Source of the DNA: Candidatus Dojkabacteria bacterium
GTDB taxonomy: Bacteria > Patescibacteriota > Dojkabacteria > SC72
NCBI GenBank assembly: GCA_050950165.1
Contig: JBMNHC010000001.1
Location: 529,073 to 593,072, forward strand
Direction of reading: 5' to 3'
Length of the DNA stretch: 64,000 nucleotides
In this document: one piece after another, positions 48,971 to 58,596 of the stretch
How the letters are laid out: every line of letters begins with the position of its first letter
Position numbering within the stretch: position 1 is the stretch's first letter
Program-made: the position numbers and the translations under genes
Notes under the pieces: model-generated
Seen by the model: only the letters and a program-made list of their open reading frames with translations
What the model was told of the DNA's origin: nothing
Database searches by the model: none

Positions 48971-49528
48971 TTGATAATATTTACTATGAAAGTAAAAACT
49001 TTATACCATGCATCTTCAAATAAAAATATTGAGATACTTGAACCAAAAGCAGATTCTATTAGAGACCCCAATGAAGGACCTGTTGTATTTGCCTCACATG
49101 ATAAAGTTTTTGTTACTTGTTTCTTAGTACCTACAAATGATAACTGGACAAAAATATCTCGTTATCGTTCTCATAAGCATCCTACTATACATGTAATGAG
49201 CATTTCAGATGAAAAGAGATTTAAAGAATTAGACAAAGGTGGTGCTATTTATCATATGTCTTCTAAGGGTTTTTATTTAGATAAAAGTAAAAGTGATATC
49301 GAATGGACTAGTAAGGTAAGTGTAAGACCTTTTAAAAAAGAACTGTATAACAGTGGATTGAATGCAATGATAGAGAATGGTGTTATCGTTTATTTTTGTG
49401 ATAGAAATACTCTCTTAAAAATAAAAGAAGAACCTTGGAATATTGAAAGAGTTATGAGGATATATAAAGGCTTGGTTTCTGAGAATGAGAAAAGAGGATT
49501 AGAGAATATAATACAGAAGTATTATTAA
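48971..49528 (+). CDS. hypothetical protein
   Basis: 185-aa ORF, no recognisable motif. Confidence 0.4.
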   Translation: MIIFTMKVKTLYHASSNKNIEILEPKADSIRDPNEGPVVFASHDKVFVTCFLVPTNDNWTKISRYRSHKHPTIHVMSISDEKRFKELDKGGAIYHMSSKGFYLDKSKSDIEWTSKVSVRPFKKELYNSGLNAMIENGVIVYFCDRNTLLKIKEEPWNIERVMRIYKGLVSENEKRGLENIIQKYY

Positions 49529-49565
49529 AAGGTCGATGAACTAACATCACTATAAGTTAGCGGGA

Positions 49566-49639
49566 TGGGCGATACGGGACTCGAACCTGTGACCTTCACA
49601 ATGTCAATGTGATGCTCTAGCCAGCTGAGCTAATCGCCC
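49566..49639 (-). tRNA. tRNA-Val (anticodon GAC)
   Basis: reverse complement folds as a cloverleaf: acceptor GGGCGAT/ATCGCCC, D-arm GCTC-AGCTGGCTA-GAGC, anticodon stem TCACA/TGTGA with loop TTGACAT, T-loop TTCGAGT, discriminator A; one A-C mismatch in the T-stem; CCA not encoded. Confidence 0.85.
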
Positions 49640-49649
49640 ATACACCCAA

Positions 49650-50186
49650 TTATATTGTCTTTCTATTTACTTTACAATTCTTTTTAATATCCTTAGCCTT
49701 TACAAAAGGAATACTAGAAAGACTCTTTGGCATAGTATTCTCTCTCCACATCTCTTGTATAAAAAGAGGAAGATTAAAAAGTAATTCTATATGTATTGTA
49801 CTTCTCTGTTTATCTATAGGTGTTGGAATTACAGCTGTTGCAGATATATCTCCTTCAATGAAATATATCTTTTGTGAATATGAAAAAGGTATATCTTCTG
49901 GATATGTTTGAATAAAATCGTAAAGGGTTGCAAGCTTTTGTGGATCAGATATTGGGAGAAAAGAAACCCTAATCTTCTTTATATCTACATTCTGTGAGTA
50001 GTTTAGTCCCATAAGTAAGCTATCTATCTCCTTTAGATTAAGAGCTACCTTTTCTGATACAGCATCCCACTGATCTGCATTATGATATATCTGTTGTATA
50101 TTCTTTAGCAAAAAAAGAGTAGCACTATTCTTCTGTGCATCTTCTATATCTGTAGGATCATCTAAGATGTATTGATCTCTATCCAT
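49650..50186 (-). CDS. hypothetical protein co-transcribed downstream of clpP (position normally occupied by clpX)
   Basis: 178-aa ORF starting 4 nt after the clpP stop; no AAA+ motifs. Confidence 0.45.
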   Translation of the reverse strand: MDRDQYILDDPTDIEDAQKNSATLFLLKNIQQIYHNADQWDAVSEKVALNLKEIDSLLMGLNYSQNVDIKKIRVSFLPISDPQKLATLYDFIQTYPEDIPFSYSQKIYFIEGDISATAVIPTPIDKQRSTIHIELLFNLPLFIQEMWRENTMPKSLSSIPFVKAKDIKKNCKVNRKTI

Positions 50187-50189
50187 GGT

Positions 50190-50771
50190 TTATCTCCTTG
50201 TGATTACTTTATCTACTAGGCCGTACTCTTTGGCCTCATAGGCAGTAAAATATTTATCTCTATCAGCATCCTTCTCTATCTGTTTTACACTCTGTCCTGT
50301 CTGCTTAGCTAACATCTTGTATAGCTGTTCTCTAATCTTTAATATCTCTTGAGCCTCTATTGCAATATCACTAGCTTGACCCTCTACTCCACCCAGAGGT
50401 TGATGAATATGAATCTTGCTGTTTGGTAGTGCAAACCTTTTACCTTTTGTACCGTGTGTTAGTAAGAATGAACCCATTGATGCAGCTAGTCCTACTGCTA
50501 TAGTGGAAACATCGCATTTTATATAGTTCATTGTATCCAGTATAGCCATACCTGCATTTATTAATCCCCCAGGAGAATTAATAAACATCTGAATATCTTC
50601 CTCACTATTCTCTTTTTCTAAAAAAAGTAATTGTGCAACTACAGTATTTGCCATATTAGTCTCTATTACTCCACTAACAAATATAATTCTATCTTTAAGT
50701 AATCTGGAGTAAATATCATATGCTCTCTCCCCTTCTCTATCCTTTTCAACAACCATTGGTATTAGTGACAT
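50190..50771 (-). CDS. clpP: ATP-dependent Clp protease proteolytic subunit
   Basis: 193 aa; [25 protein letters not shown], catalytic Ser in [11 protein letters not shown], His in HIHQPLGG. Confidence 0.9.
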   Translation of the reverse strand: MSLIPMVVEKDREGERAYDIYSRLLKDRIIFVSGVIETNMANTVVAQLLFLEKENSEEDIQMFINSPGGLINAGMAILDTMNYIKCDVSTIAVGLAASMGSFLLTHGTKGKRFALPNSKIHIHQPLGGVEGQASDIAIEAQEILKIREQLYKMLAKQTGQSVKQIEKDADRDKYFTAYEAKEYGLVDKVITRR

Positions 50772-50789
50772 AGCTTTAAATTTTTAATC

Positions 50790-51833
50790 TTAATTATGAT
50801 TTCCTAAGAATTCTTTACCTAAGACTTTCTCGATAAAAAGTCTAAAACCTTTCTCTTTTCTCTCTACATTTCTAATATATTCTTTCCATTGAGGATTACT
50901 GAATATATTTCTATCTGCATTAGGCTGATTCTTTTTTATACTCTCTATCTTTTTCTCTAACTCCTCATCACTAACTTCTACACTATTTTCATTTGCAAAA
51001 AGAGTTAAGAAAACATCTGTCTCTAGTGCATCTTTTGCATCTTTGTACCAAAGCTCTCTCATCTTCTCAAGTGTAATATTATTTGCCTTTAGAAAATCCT
51101 CAATCTTAATACCCCTACTTTGCATATCTTGATTAAAAGAGTTCTCTCTCTCATATGCTTCATACTTAATGGCACTTTCGGGCATCTCTATTTTAGAAAT
51201 CTTAATACCTTCTCTTAGAGCCTCATCCTGTAATTGATTTAGTTGGTAGTAATCCTTCTGTGATTGTAAAGCCTTTTTAATCTTCTCTTTTAAATCTTCT
51301 AAACTCTTTACCCCTTCTACATTTATCTTCTTTGCTATCTCTTCTGCCCATTTATCATTAAATTTTTTCTCTTTTGTATTCTCTGACTTTTTAAGCTCCT
51401 CTATTGCATTCTCAATCTCTTTATCTTCTACCTTAAGCTTTTTCTTCTCTATCTTTATCTTACTGATATTACCTAGTTTAAACTTAGGCATTACTGTAAC
51501 AGTGATAGTGAAGGTAGTATCCAAGCCTTCTAGAATTTTAGGAATAGCTTTGTACTCAGGTGGCGCTATTGGTACAACCTTCTCTTTAGAGAGTGCAGTA
51601 TTGATATACAAGGGAGCAATCTTTTCGAATGTTTCAAACTTAATCATCTCTTTAGTTTGATTATCAATCATCTCTACTGGTACATTGCCTTTTCTAAACC
51701 CTTTAATATCTATATCTTTTGCATAGTCTTTAAGTAGACGATCAAAAGATTGTTTAAAGCTTTGAGCAGGGATCTTAATCTCAAACTCGAATGTATAGTC
51801 ATTTATATCTTTTTTTGTATAGAAATTTTCCAT
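50790..51833 (-). CDS. tig: trigger factor
   Basis: 347 aa; N-terminal ribosome-binding signature GFRKGNVP; conserved tig-clpP gene order. Confidence 0.8.
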   Translation of the reverse strand: MENFYTKKDINDYTFEFEIKIPAQSFKQSFDRLLKDYAKDIDIKGFRKGNVPVEMIDNQTKEMIKFETFEKIAPLYINTALSKEKVVPIAPPEYKAIPKILEGLDTTFTITVTVMPKFKLGNISKIKIEKKKLKVEDKEIENAIEELKKSENTKEKKFNDKWAEEIAKKINVEGVKSLEDLKEKIKKALQSQKDYYQLNQLQDEALREGIKISKIEMPESAIKYEAYERENSFNQDMQSRGIKIEDFLKANNITLEKMRELWYKDAKDALETDVFLTLFANENSVEVSDEELEKKIESIKKNQPNADRNIFSNPQWKEYIRNVERKEKGFRLFIEKVLGKEFLGNHN

Positions 51834-51870
51834 AGAAGATTCTCTTAGTTTATTTCTAAAGTAGTGAATT

Positions 51871-52569
51871 CTATGTGTTTTTGTACAATTTGTCCAGTTT
51901 TCCTACTACTACTAGTCTCTGTTTATCACTCCAAAGGGGTGTACATGTTACTAATGTAATTCTGTAATCTTCGAAGTTTTTAAGTAAAGAGATATTATTT
52001 TTCTCAACAACTGATACCTCTGTAACTATATATGTATAGCTGTTATCTATCTGTTCTACATTAATTTTATCTCCTACCTTTACCTTATCTAAGTTAAAAA
52101 AAGTATCTTTACTAGGAGGTAGTTTTGCATATCTATGCCCTATTACCACAAAATTGCCTCTTTGACCTGGGTGCTGTGATGTTGGAAAGTGCCAGAATCC
52201 TCTGTTCATTGTAGTTGCAGATATTCCTTCAAAGATATTACCCTCTACGCTAACAGAATTAATGAAGAGTTTAGTGTCTAACTGTTCTAATATTTTCTCA
52301 TCTAGTACGAGATTAGAATCTAAGCTCTCTTCCATACTCTGTGCGAAACTCTTTATCTCCTCTACTCCCTCTACTTTGTCTCTGGTTGGAGATATTTTAG
52401 TTAGTAATTGGAATGTAATTTCTTCAGATATTCTCTGTATATTGAATCTTTTTATAGGTCCAATTAATTGGTTGTAGTTTGGATATATTAGAAAGAGTAA
52501 AAGAGGTAGTAGAAAGGCTAAAAGAAGTAGTAAGGAGATGGTAAATTTTAGTATCCAGTTTTTTCTCAT
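51871..52569 (-). CDS. sortase family transpeptidase
   Basis: 232 aa; N-terminal TM anchor; VVIGHRY (His), ITLVTCTP (TLxTC catalytic Cys), QRLVVVG (Arg). Confidence 0.8.
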   Translation of the reverse strand: MRKNWILKFTISLLLLLAFLLPLLLFLIYPNYNQLIGPIKRFNIQRISEEITFQLLTKISPTRDKVEGVEEIKSFAQSMEESLDSNLVLDEKILEQLDTKLFINSVSVEGNIFEGISATTMNRGFWHFPTSQHPGQRGNFVVIGHRYAKLPPSKDTFFNLDKVKVGDKINVEQIDNSYTYIVTEVSVVEKNNISLLKNFEDYRITLVTCTPLWSDKQRLVVVGKLDKLYKNT

Positions 52570-52656
52570 ATTTAGAATTATATATATTTTCCTTGCACTC
52601 TGTAAAATTTTATTCTATGCTATCTATAGAGTATATAAATTTTAATATAGGATGGT

Positions 52657-53580
52657 GTGGCTAAGAATAAAAATAGTAAAATTGCTGCCCCTAAAAAAAC
52701 TGCAAAGCAGGAGAGTATGAAGAGTAAGGTTGAGATTAAACAACCAGTTAGGAATAGACAGGAGAGAATGTCTAGATTGGTTGGTTCAATCTTTATCGGT
52801 TTAGGAGTACTACTTGTTGCTTTCGGTATATATTCATTTATCAGATTCAGAGAGGAGCCTGTTTTAAATATTGAATTAGAGGCACCTGTGTTAAGTGAGG
52901 TAACACAGATTACTAATGAGAAAGAGATTACGGTTAGAGGTTTAGCTTCTGGATATGATGATGTCTATATATATGTTAATGATGTAAAGATTGGAAGTAG
53001 TAAAGTAAATAGTGAGTCGGAGTTTCTTTATAGGTATAGCGTAGAGAGTGAGGGAGAGTTTGCTGTTAATGTAGCAGGTGTTAAAGGTTTTCCAAATAGA
53101 GTAATTGGTCCTAGAAGTGAGATTAAAGTAGCTAAGGTAGACTGGAGTGCACCTTCGCAAGATTCAATATCATTTAAGTATGGAGAGGAGACTAACAAGG
53201 ATACCTTTATCATTGCAGGGAATGCAGAGGCTCTAAGTTCAGTTATCGTTAAAAGAGGAACTCTTAGCTATGATACTATTGCAGATGCAGATGGTAAATT
53301 TAGAATAGAGGGTATAGATTTAGAAGAAGGTAAGAATGTATTTACACTAACAGTTAGGGATCAGGCTGGTAATGAAACTGTATTGGATGAAAAGGTAAGA
53401 GTAACCTACTCTCCTTTAGGTAGTGTAAATGGAGATGCAGTAGTAGATGAGAATATTCCTCAAGCATCTGGTGAGTTAGATGTACTTTTGGGAAATAGCT
53501 TGATGATGGTATTTGCAATAGTGGCACTACTAGCATTTGCTACTAGTTTTCTATCACTTTCATACCACAAAAGAAGGTAG
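52657..53580 (+). CDS. surface protein with N-terminal signal-anchor and C-terminal sorting-signal-like tail; putative sortase substrate
   Basis: 307 aa; Lys-rich N-terminus plus TM; beta-rich Ig-like middle; C-terminus IPQASGE followed by a 22-aa hydrophobic helix and HKRR; divergent from the adjacent sortase gene. Confidence 0.5.
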   Translation: MAKNKNSKIAAPKKTAKQESMKSKVEIKQPVRNRQERMSRLVGSIFIGLGVLLVAFGIYSFIRFREEPVLNIELEAPVLSEVTQITNEKEITVRGLASGYDDVYIYVNDVKIGSSKVNSESEFLYRYSVESEGEFAVNVAGVKGFPNRVIGPRSEIKVAKVDWSAPSQDSISFKYGEETNKDTFIIAGNAEALSSVIVKRGTLSYDTIADADGKFRIEGIDLEEGKNVFTLTVRDQAGNETVLDEKVRVTYSPLGSVNGDAVVDENIPQASGELDVLLGNSLMMVFAIVALLAFATSFLSLSYHKRR

Positions 53581-53597
53581 TTTGAATATGTAAAAGA

Positions 53598-53630
53598 GAA
53601 GGAGGGGTACATGTCCCTCCTTTTTTTTGT
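53598..53630 (+). terminator. rho-independent terminator (AGGAGGG-GTACATGT-CCCTCCT + T8)
   Basis: perfect 7-bp stem followed by eight T residues immediately after the stop of the 52657..53580 gene. Confidence 0.7.
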
Positions 53631-53640
53631 ATAATGGGTA

Positions 53641-54738
53641 ATGAAAAAATATATTTTAATATTTTCTTTCTTAATCTTATTCTCTTGTCTATCTCCTATC
53701 TTTGCTCAGGAGAATGAGCAATCTTTTAAGGCTGTAATTAAGGATATACACTCTGTTGAGTGTTCTGAAGTTTTAAGTGATAGCTATGATTGTTATGAAT
53801 ATACAGTAGAGATATTAGAGAGTAAGAAAGAGGTAAGGACAATACCTTTTATGTCAGAAGGAAGTAAACCTAAGTTTGATGTTGGAGATAAAGTATATGT
53901 GACATATATGACAGATAATTTTGATTATGAAGGTTGGAGTATTACTGGTTTTGCTAGAGAGTTTCCTATCTTAATTATGCTATTGATATTTTCAACAACT
54001 ACAATTCTAATAGGTAGGAGACAGGGATTAGGTTCTTTAATTAGTTTAGGATTAACAGTAGTCCTACTCTATCTCTGGGCTATTCCTCAAATATTAAAAG
54101 GTGGAGATGTAATACTTATAGGGGTTGCTACAGTATGTGTAGCGTTAGTATCGATAATGTATATATCTCATGGATTTAATATTAAAAGTACTATAGCGGT
54201 AATATCTACATTGATAGGCATAGCCATTGTAGCTCTTTTGGCTAAGCTTTTTATAGTAATGATGAATGTAGATGGCTCAGGTAGTGAAGAAGCTTTCTTA
54301 CTTCTTAGTCAGGCAGGAGATGGAATGGATTTAGCAAGTATATTTTTTGTTAGTATCTTAATTGGTGCAATGGGTGTTTTGGATGATGTTGTTATGAGTC
54401 AGGTCTCTTCTATATATGAATTACATATTGCAAATCCTACTCTAAACTCTAAACAGCTCTATTTACAAGCTATGAATATTGGAAAAGACCATCTCTCATC
54501 TATGGTTAATACCCTATTCATTGCGTATGCAGGGTCTAGTTTTGCACTGGTAATACTTCTTACTTACAGTAGTGGAGGGGTTGGGAATATATTAAAAACA
54601 GATATTATAGCTGAAGAGATAGTAAGGACTCTCTCTGCTAGTACAGCTATTCTCCTTATTGTCCCCATTACCTCTCTGTTTGCTTCTTACTTAATTCCTA
54701 ATGTAAAAAAGAAAAAGGTTTCTCTTTTTGGTAAGTAA
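53641..54738 (+). CDS. YibE/F-like integral membrane protein
   Basis: 365 aa; signal peptide, about 100-aa extracytoplasmic domain, then about 8 TM helices; architecture typical of the YibE/F family. Confidence 0.45.
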   Translation: MKKYILIFSFLILFSCLSPIFAQENEQSFKAVIKDIHSVECSEVLSDSYDCYEYTVEILESKKEVRTIPFMSEGSKPKFDVGDKVYVTYMTDNFDYEGWSITGFAREFPILIMLLIFSTTTILIGRRQGLGSLISLGLTVVLLYLWAIPQILKGGDVILIGVATVCVALVSIMYISHGFNIKSTIAVISTLIGIAIVALLAKLFIVMMNVDGSGSEEAFLLLSQAGDGMDLASIFFVSILIGAMGVLDDVVMSQVSSIYELHIANPTLNSKQLYLQAMNIGKDHLSSMVNTLFIAYAGSSFALVILLTYSSGGVGNILKTDIIAEEIVRTLSASTAILLIVPITSLFASYLIPNVKKKKVSLFGK

Positions 54739-54775
54739 GGTGGTATAATGTAGATATATAGAGAGGTTATAAACT

Positions 54776-55939
54776 ATGGCAAAGATATTAAATATTCAAT
54801 CTAAATCTAAGGGTAGTGTAAAAGAAGACCCTACTTTTATTCAAGATCTACGAGAGATACACAAGAGTAAGAGAAGGAGAGAAGAGAAGAAGCCAACAAT
54901 TGTGGTAGAGTTCTCTTGGAAGTTAGTATTACTTCTAATACTTGGTATTTTAGTAGTATTTCTTAGAACTGAAGTATTAACAGTATTAATATTCCTTTTT
55001 GGAGGATTTGTATTTATGTCTGCAGCAAAACCAGTAGTACATTTCTTCATGAGGAGAAAATTTTCTAAAGGTTTGGCTGTAGCAATTACATATATTTTGG
55101 GGATATTAATTCTTAGTGCAATTATTGCAGTAGTAGTTATTCCTTTTGTTGGTCAGATAGAGGGGTTAATAAAGGCAGTTCCTGGATGGATAAATAGTGT
55201 TACTTCAGATTTTGGAGGTATCACTATTTTAGGATACTCACTAGACTCTACTGCTGTTAGTAAGTTTTTTGAAGATTGGATTGAGAGAGTTACTCTCTTT
55301 GAGAATTTTGAGAATATAGCTAAAACAGTAGGATCTATATTCAGCTCTACTGCTTTACTTCTTGCTTCTGTAATCTTTTCAATATATCTAGTATTAGAGC
55401 ATGACAATATTTTAGAAATTGGGTTAATTAGAATAACGTCTGATGTGAGGAGAAATAGGATAAAGCAGTTGATGTTAGATGTTGAGCATAAGCTTGGTAG
55501 ATGGTTACTTGGTCAGGCATTTGTTAGTAGTATTGCTGGTATTACAATGGGAGTTTTACTTGTAATTTTTGATATACCGTTTGCTCTGCCTTTGGCAGTA
55601 TTTGTTGCATTAATGTCTGCTATACCTACGCTAGGAGCTACTATCTCTGCAATTCCTCCTCTTTTTGTAGCAGTAGTTATACATGGCCCTATTACAGCTG
55701 GGATCATCTTAGTCATATTTATGATATATCAACAGATAGAGAATAATGTTATCATTCCAAAAGTAATGGGTAATGTTGTAGGATTAAGACCTATCTTCAT
55801 TATGTTTGCTGCTGCATCCTTCTTTATTCTCTTTGGAGTATGGGGGGCTGTACTGGCAGTTCCTGCGATAGTAATACTGCGTATTTGCTATGAGTTCTAT
55901 ATAGACTTGCAAAAGCTAAAGGCTAGGGGTAGCATTTAG
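54776..55939 (+). CDS. AI-2E family transporter (PerM/UPF0118)
   Basis: 387 aa, 8 TM; conserved C-terminal region LGRWLLGQ...AIPTLGATISAIPP typical of AI-2E family. Confidence 0.7.
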   Translation: MAKILNIQSKSKGSVKEDPTFIQDLREIHKSKRRREEKKPTIVVEFSWKLVLLLILGILVVFLRTEVLTVLIFLFGGFVFMSAAKPVVHFFMRRKFSKGLAVAITYILGILILSAIIAVVVIPFVGQIEGLIKAVPGWINSVTSDFGGITILGYSLDSTAVSKFFEDWIERVTLFENFENIAKTVGSIFSSTALLLASVIFSIYLVLEHDNILEIGLIRITSDVRRNRIKQLMLDVEHKLGRWLLGQAFVSSIAGITMGVLLVIFDIPFALPLAVFVALMSAIPTLGATISAIPPLFVAVVIHGPITAGIILVIFMIYQQIENNVIIPKVMGNVVGLRPIFIMFAAASFFILFGVWGAVLAVPAIVILRICYEFYIDLQKLKARGSI

Positions 55940-55963
55940 AAATATAATATTACTGCCTAAAAA

Positions 55964-58555
55964 ATGTCATCTACATTAGAAAAAGTTAATAGAGCTGTTT
56001 ACTACTGGGAGGACTTTGAATCAAAAAATCTTAAAGAGTCTACTGTTGGACGAAAGGGTTTAAGCCTTTTTACACTTAAGGATATGGATGTTCCAATACC
56101 TGAGTTCTTTGTTCTTTCTTCGAAGGTGTTTGATGCATTTGTTTCAGAATCGTTGGTTAGAGATGGAGAGAGACTTTTAGAGAACAAAAAGAATCCAGAA
56201 GAGAGTGAAATACTAAGTAGTTTTCTAAAAACTAATTTTGAAGAGAGAGTTGTTGATGAGTTGGTGTCTGCATATACAAGACTCTCTGGTTTTACAGATG
56301 CATGGGTGTCAGTAAGATCGTCTGTGGTGTTCCCATCAGCACCAGAGGTTTCATTTAGTGGAATATTTTCAACTGAATTAAATATTCGTGGTGTAAAGAA
56401 TTTAATCTCCTCTATTAAAAGAATATATGCATCTCTTTTTACAGATGATGTAGTAGCATATGCATCTAGAAAAGGTATTAATCTTTCGGAGGTAAGACTT
56501 GCCATAGTGGTACAAAAAATGGTTCAAGCGGAGGTATCAGGTGTTGCATTCAGTGTAGATCCGATTACACAAGATCCTAGTAAATTAAGTATAGAGGCGG
56601 TATTTGGATTAGGAGATAGTATCTCTTTGGGAGAGTTGACTCCAGATACATATGTCTTGAGTAAGAAAGAGCTAAATATTTTAGAGAAACGCATATCTCC
56701 ACAGGAGTGGATGAAGGTAAGAATGTTAAGTAATACTGATGGTAAATCAGGAGTAGAGAAGATTAAGATATCTAATAATTGGAGTCATAGACAGAAGGTA
56801 GAAGATAGATATTTAGAAGAGATTTCAAAGATTACCATGATTATAGAGAACAAGCTAAGACAAGCTCAAAGTATTGAGTGGGTATTGGCAGGTGGGAAGA
56901 TATGGGTTTTGCAGAGTAAGAATCTCTATGAAGTAGAACATGAGGAATCTTTAATAGTGGATAGTAAAGAGTTCGATACATTAGCAGAGGTTCTTAAGTG
57001 GAGTATAGATAGATATGTTGGTTTGGGAATGATAGAGGATAAAGTAGTTCAAAAGGCTCAAAAGATAGTACGGGATAATAAGCATGAATTGGGGTCTTTG
57101 ACTGAGAAGTTGATAGATTTGGCAAAGAAGAAGGTTGTACAACAGCCTAAAGTTGAGAGTGTGTCCCTAACTCAAAGTAAGAAAGACCTGCTATTACAAG
57201 GTGTAGGGGCAAGTTTTGGTCAGGTAGTTGGAAGTGTTGTAGTGGTAGGTAAGGATAAAGATATTGGTATTAATAAGACAGATATTCTTGTTATCAAGGA
57301 GTTTGCATCAGAGATGGAGTCTTTGGTTGTACAAAGTGGTGGTGTAATTCTTGAGCATGGGGGTGTAACTAGTGATATCGCCATTTTATGCAGAGAGTTT
57401 GATATTCCAGCAATTGTAGGTGCACAAGGAGCTTCTACTACACTTAAGAATGGAGATATTGTTAGATTGGATGGTAATAGTGGGTCTGTATACAAAGAGG
57501 AGAGTAAGGAGGTAAAAGAGGTTGTAGAGAGTGGTAGTGATAAGAATGTTCATCCTGTTGTACAGGCATATAATGAAGAGAGTATAACTGGTATAGATTT
57601 ACTAAAGAGTACAGAGAAAAAGACAGAAAGTGAAAGTAGTTCTGAATATGCAACTAAGGTTCCTAAAGATCTAACCCTTCCTCCTTCAGCAACTAAAGTC
57701 TTTATTCATCCTACAGTCAAGAGTAAGGAGTTGATAGATTTCGTAGGTAGTTCTCACGGTATTGTATATTTAGATTTTGATCAAATTCTCATTGACTACG
57801 GTAGGCATATGCTAGCGTTTGTTGAAGAGAAAAAGTTTGTTGAATATTCTGCAGATATTGTATCTAAGTTATGCGAATATATTGATTTAGTAGAAGGTAA
57901 TCAGGTAATACTCTCACTAGGTGCAAGAAGTGCAGGAGAGTTTAAGTCTCTTACCAAAGGTAAAGAGTTTGAGAATAAAGAGATAGAGGATTCTACATAT
58001 GGCTTAGCTCACTACTTAGGCAACAGAGAGCTTCTAAAAAGATCCCTTATGATATTGCGTAGATTGAGAAATGTTTACAAAAAAAGGAATGTAGATATCG
58101 CCATTAACTCACCTATGAACGGTTCAATGATGAATGAATTTAAAAAGAGTCTTTCTGCAGCAGGTTTGCGAAGAACATCTACATTTAGAATATATGCGGT
58201 AATAGATACTCCTACAGAGGTAATCTTAGTAGATGAGATATTCGATTCTAAAATAGATGGTGTAATTTTGAATATGCCAAGGATAGCTAGAGTAATGCAA
58301 GGATTTAGCGTAGATGATCTAAAAGCTAGATACAATTTAGGAGTAAATAGTGTGTTTAAGATAGTAGATGCTGTAGTAGACAGAACAAGGGGTAGTAGTA
58401 AACATGTGATTATAATGGCAGAGGATAATAAGGATTTGATTAAATATTCTGTTTCAATGGGTGTATACGGTGTGTCAGTTAATTACCAAAATATTAAAGA
58501 GAGTAGAAAGGTAGTGGCTGATGAAGAGGCTAGGTTAATTCTTAGTAAGAGATAA
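55964..58555 (+). CDS. phosphoenolpyruvate synthase-like protein with substituted catalytic residues (probable pseudoenzyme or repurposed)
   Basis: 863 aa; N-terminal PEP/pyruvate-binding ATP-grasp blocks (GRKGLSL, VRSS...SFSG, YASLFTDDVVAYAS, VQKMVQAEVSGVAFSVDP, SIEWVLAGGKIWVLQS); central mobile domain GGVTSDIAILCREFDIPAIVG where canonical GGRTCHAAIIARE has His replaced by Asp; C-terminal TIM-barrel-like region lacks CEIP/NDLTQ motifs. Confidence 0.7.
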   Translation: MSSTLEKVNRAVYYWEDFESKNLKESTVGRKGLSLFTLKDMDVPIPEFFVLSSKVFDAFVSESLVRDGERLLENKKNPEESEILSSFLKTNFEERVVDELVSAYTRLSGFTDAWVSVRSSVVFPSAPEVSFSGIFSTELNIRGVKNLISSIKRIYASLFTDDVVAYASRKGINLSEVRLAIVVQKMVQAEVSGVAFSVDPITQDPSKLSIEAVFGLGDSISLGELTPDTYVLSKKELNILEKRISPQEWMKVRMLSNTDGKSGVEKIKISNNWSHRQKVEDRYLEEISKITMIIENKLRQAQSIEWVLAGGKIWVLQSKNLYEVEHEESLIVDSKEFDTLAEVLKWSIDRYVGLGMIEDKVVQKAQKIVRDNKHELGSLTEKLIDLAKKKVVQQPKVESVSLTQSKKDLLLQGVGASFGQVVGSVVVVGKDKDIGINKTDILVIKEFASEMESLVVQSGGVILEHGGVTSDIAILCREFDIPAIVGAQGASTTLKNGDIVRLDGNSGSVYKEESKEVKEVVESGSDKNVHPVVQAYNEESITGIDLLKSTEKKTESESSSEYATKVPKDLTLPPSATKVFIHPTVKSKELIDFVGSSHGIVYLDFDQILIDYGRHMLAFVEEKKFVEYSADIVSKLCEYIDLVEGNQVILSLGARSAGEFKSLTKGKEFENKEIEDSTYGLAHYLGNRELLKRSLMILRRLRNVYKKRNVDIAINSPMNGSMMNEFKKSLSAAGLRRTSTFRIYAVIDTPTEVILVDEIFDSKIDGVILNMPRIARVMQGFSVDDLKARYNLGVNSVFKIVDAVVDRTRGSSKHVIIMAEDNKDLIKYSVSMGVYGVSVNYQNIKESRKVVADEEARLILSKR

Positions 58556-58596
58556 CATATAGTTTTCACTATAGAATCTCCTGTATAATAGCTAGT

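Noticed and set aside
49566-49639. A-C mismatch in the T-stem of tRNA-Val, which could suggest a pseudo-tRNA
   Set aside because: All other arms, the anticodon loop (T-T-GAC-A-T) and the acceptor stem are canonical. A single non-Watson-Crick pair in the T-stem is common, though a transcription error in my reading cannot be excluded.
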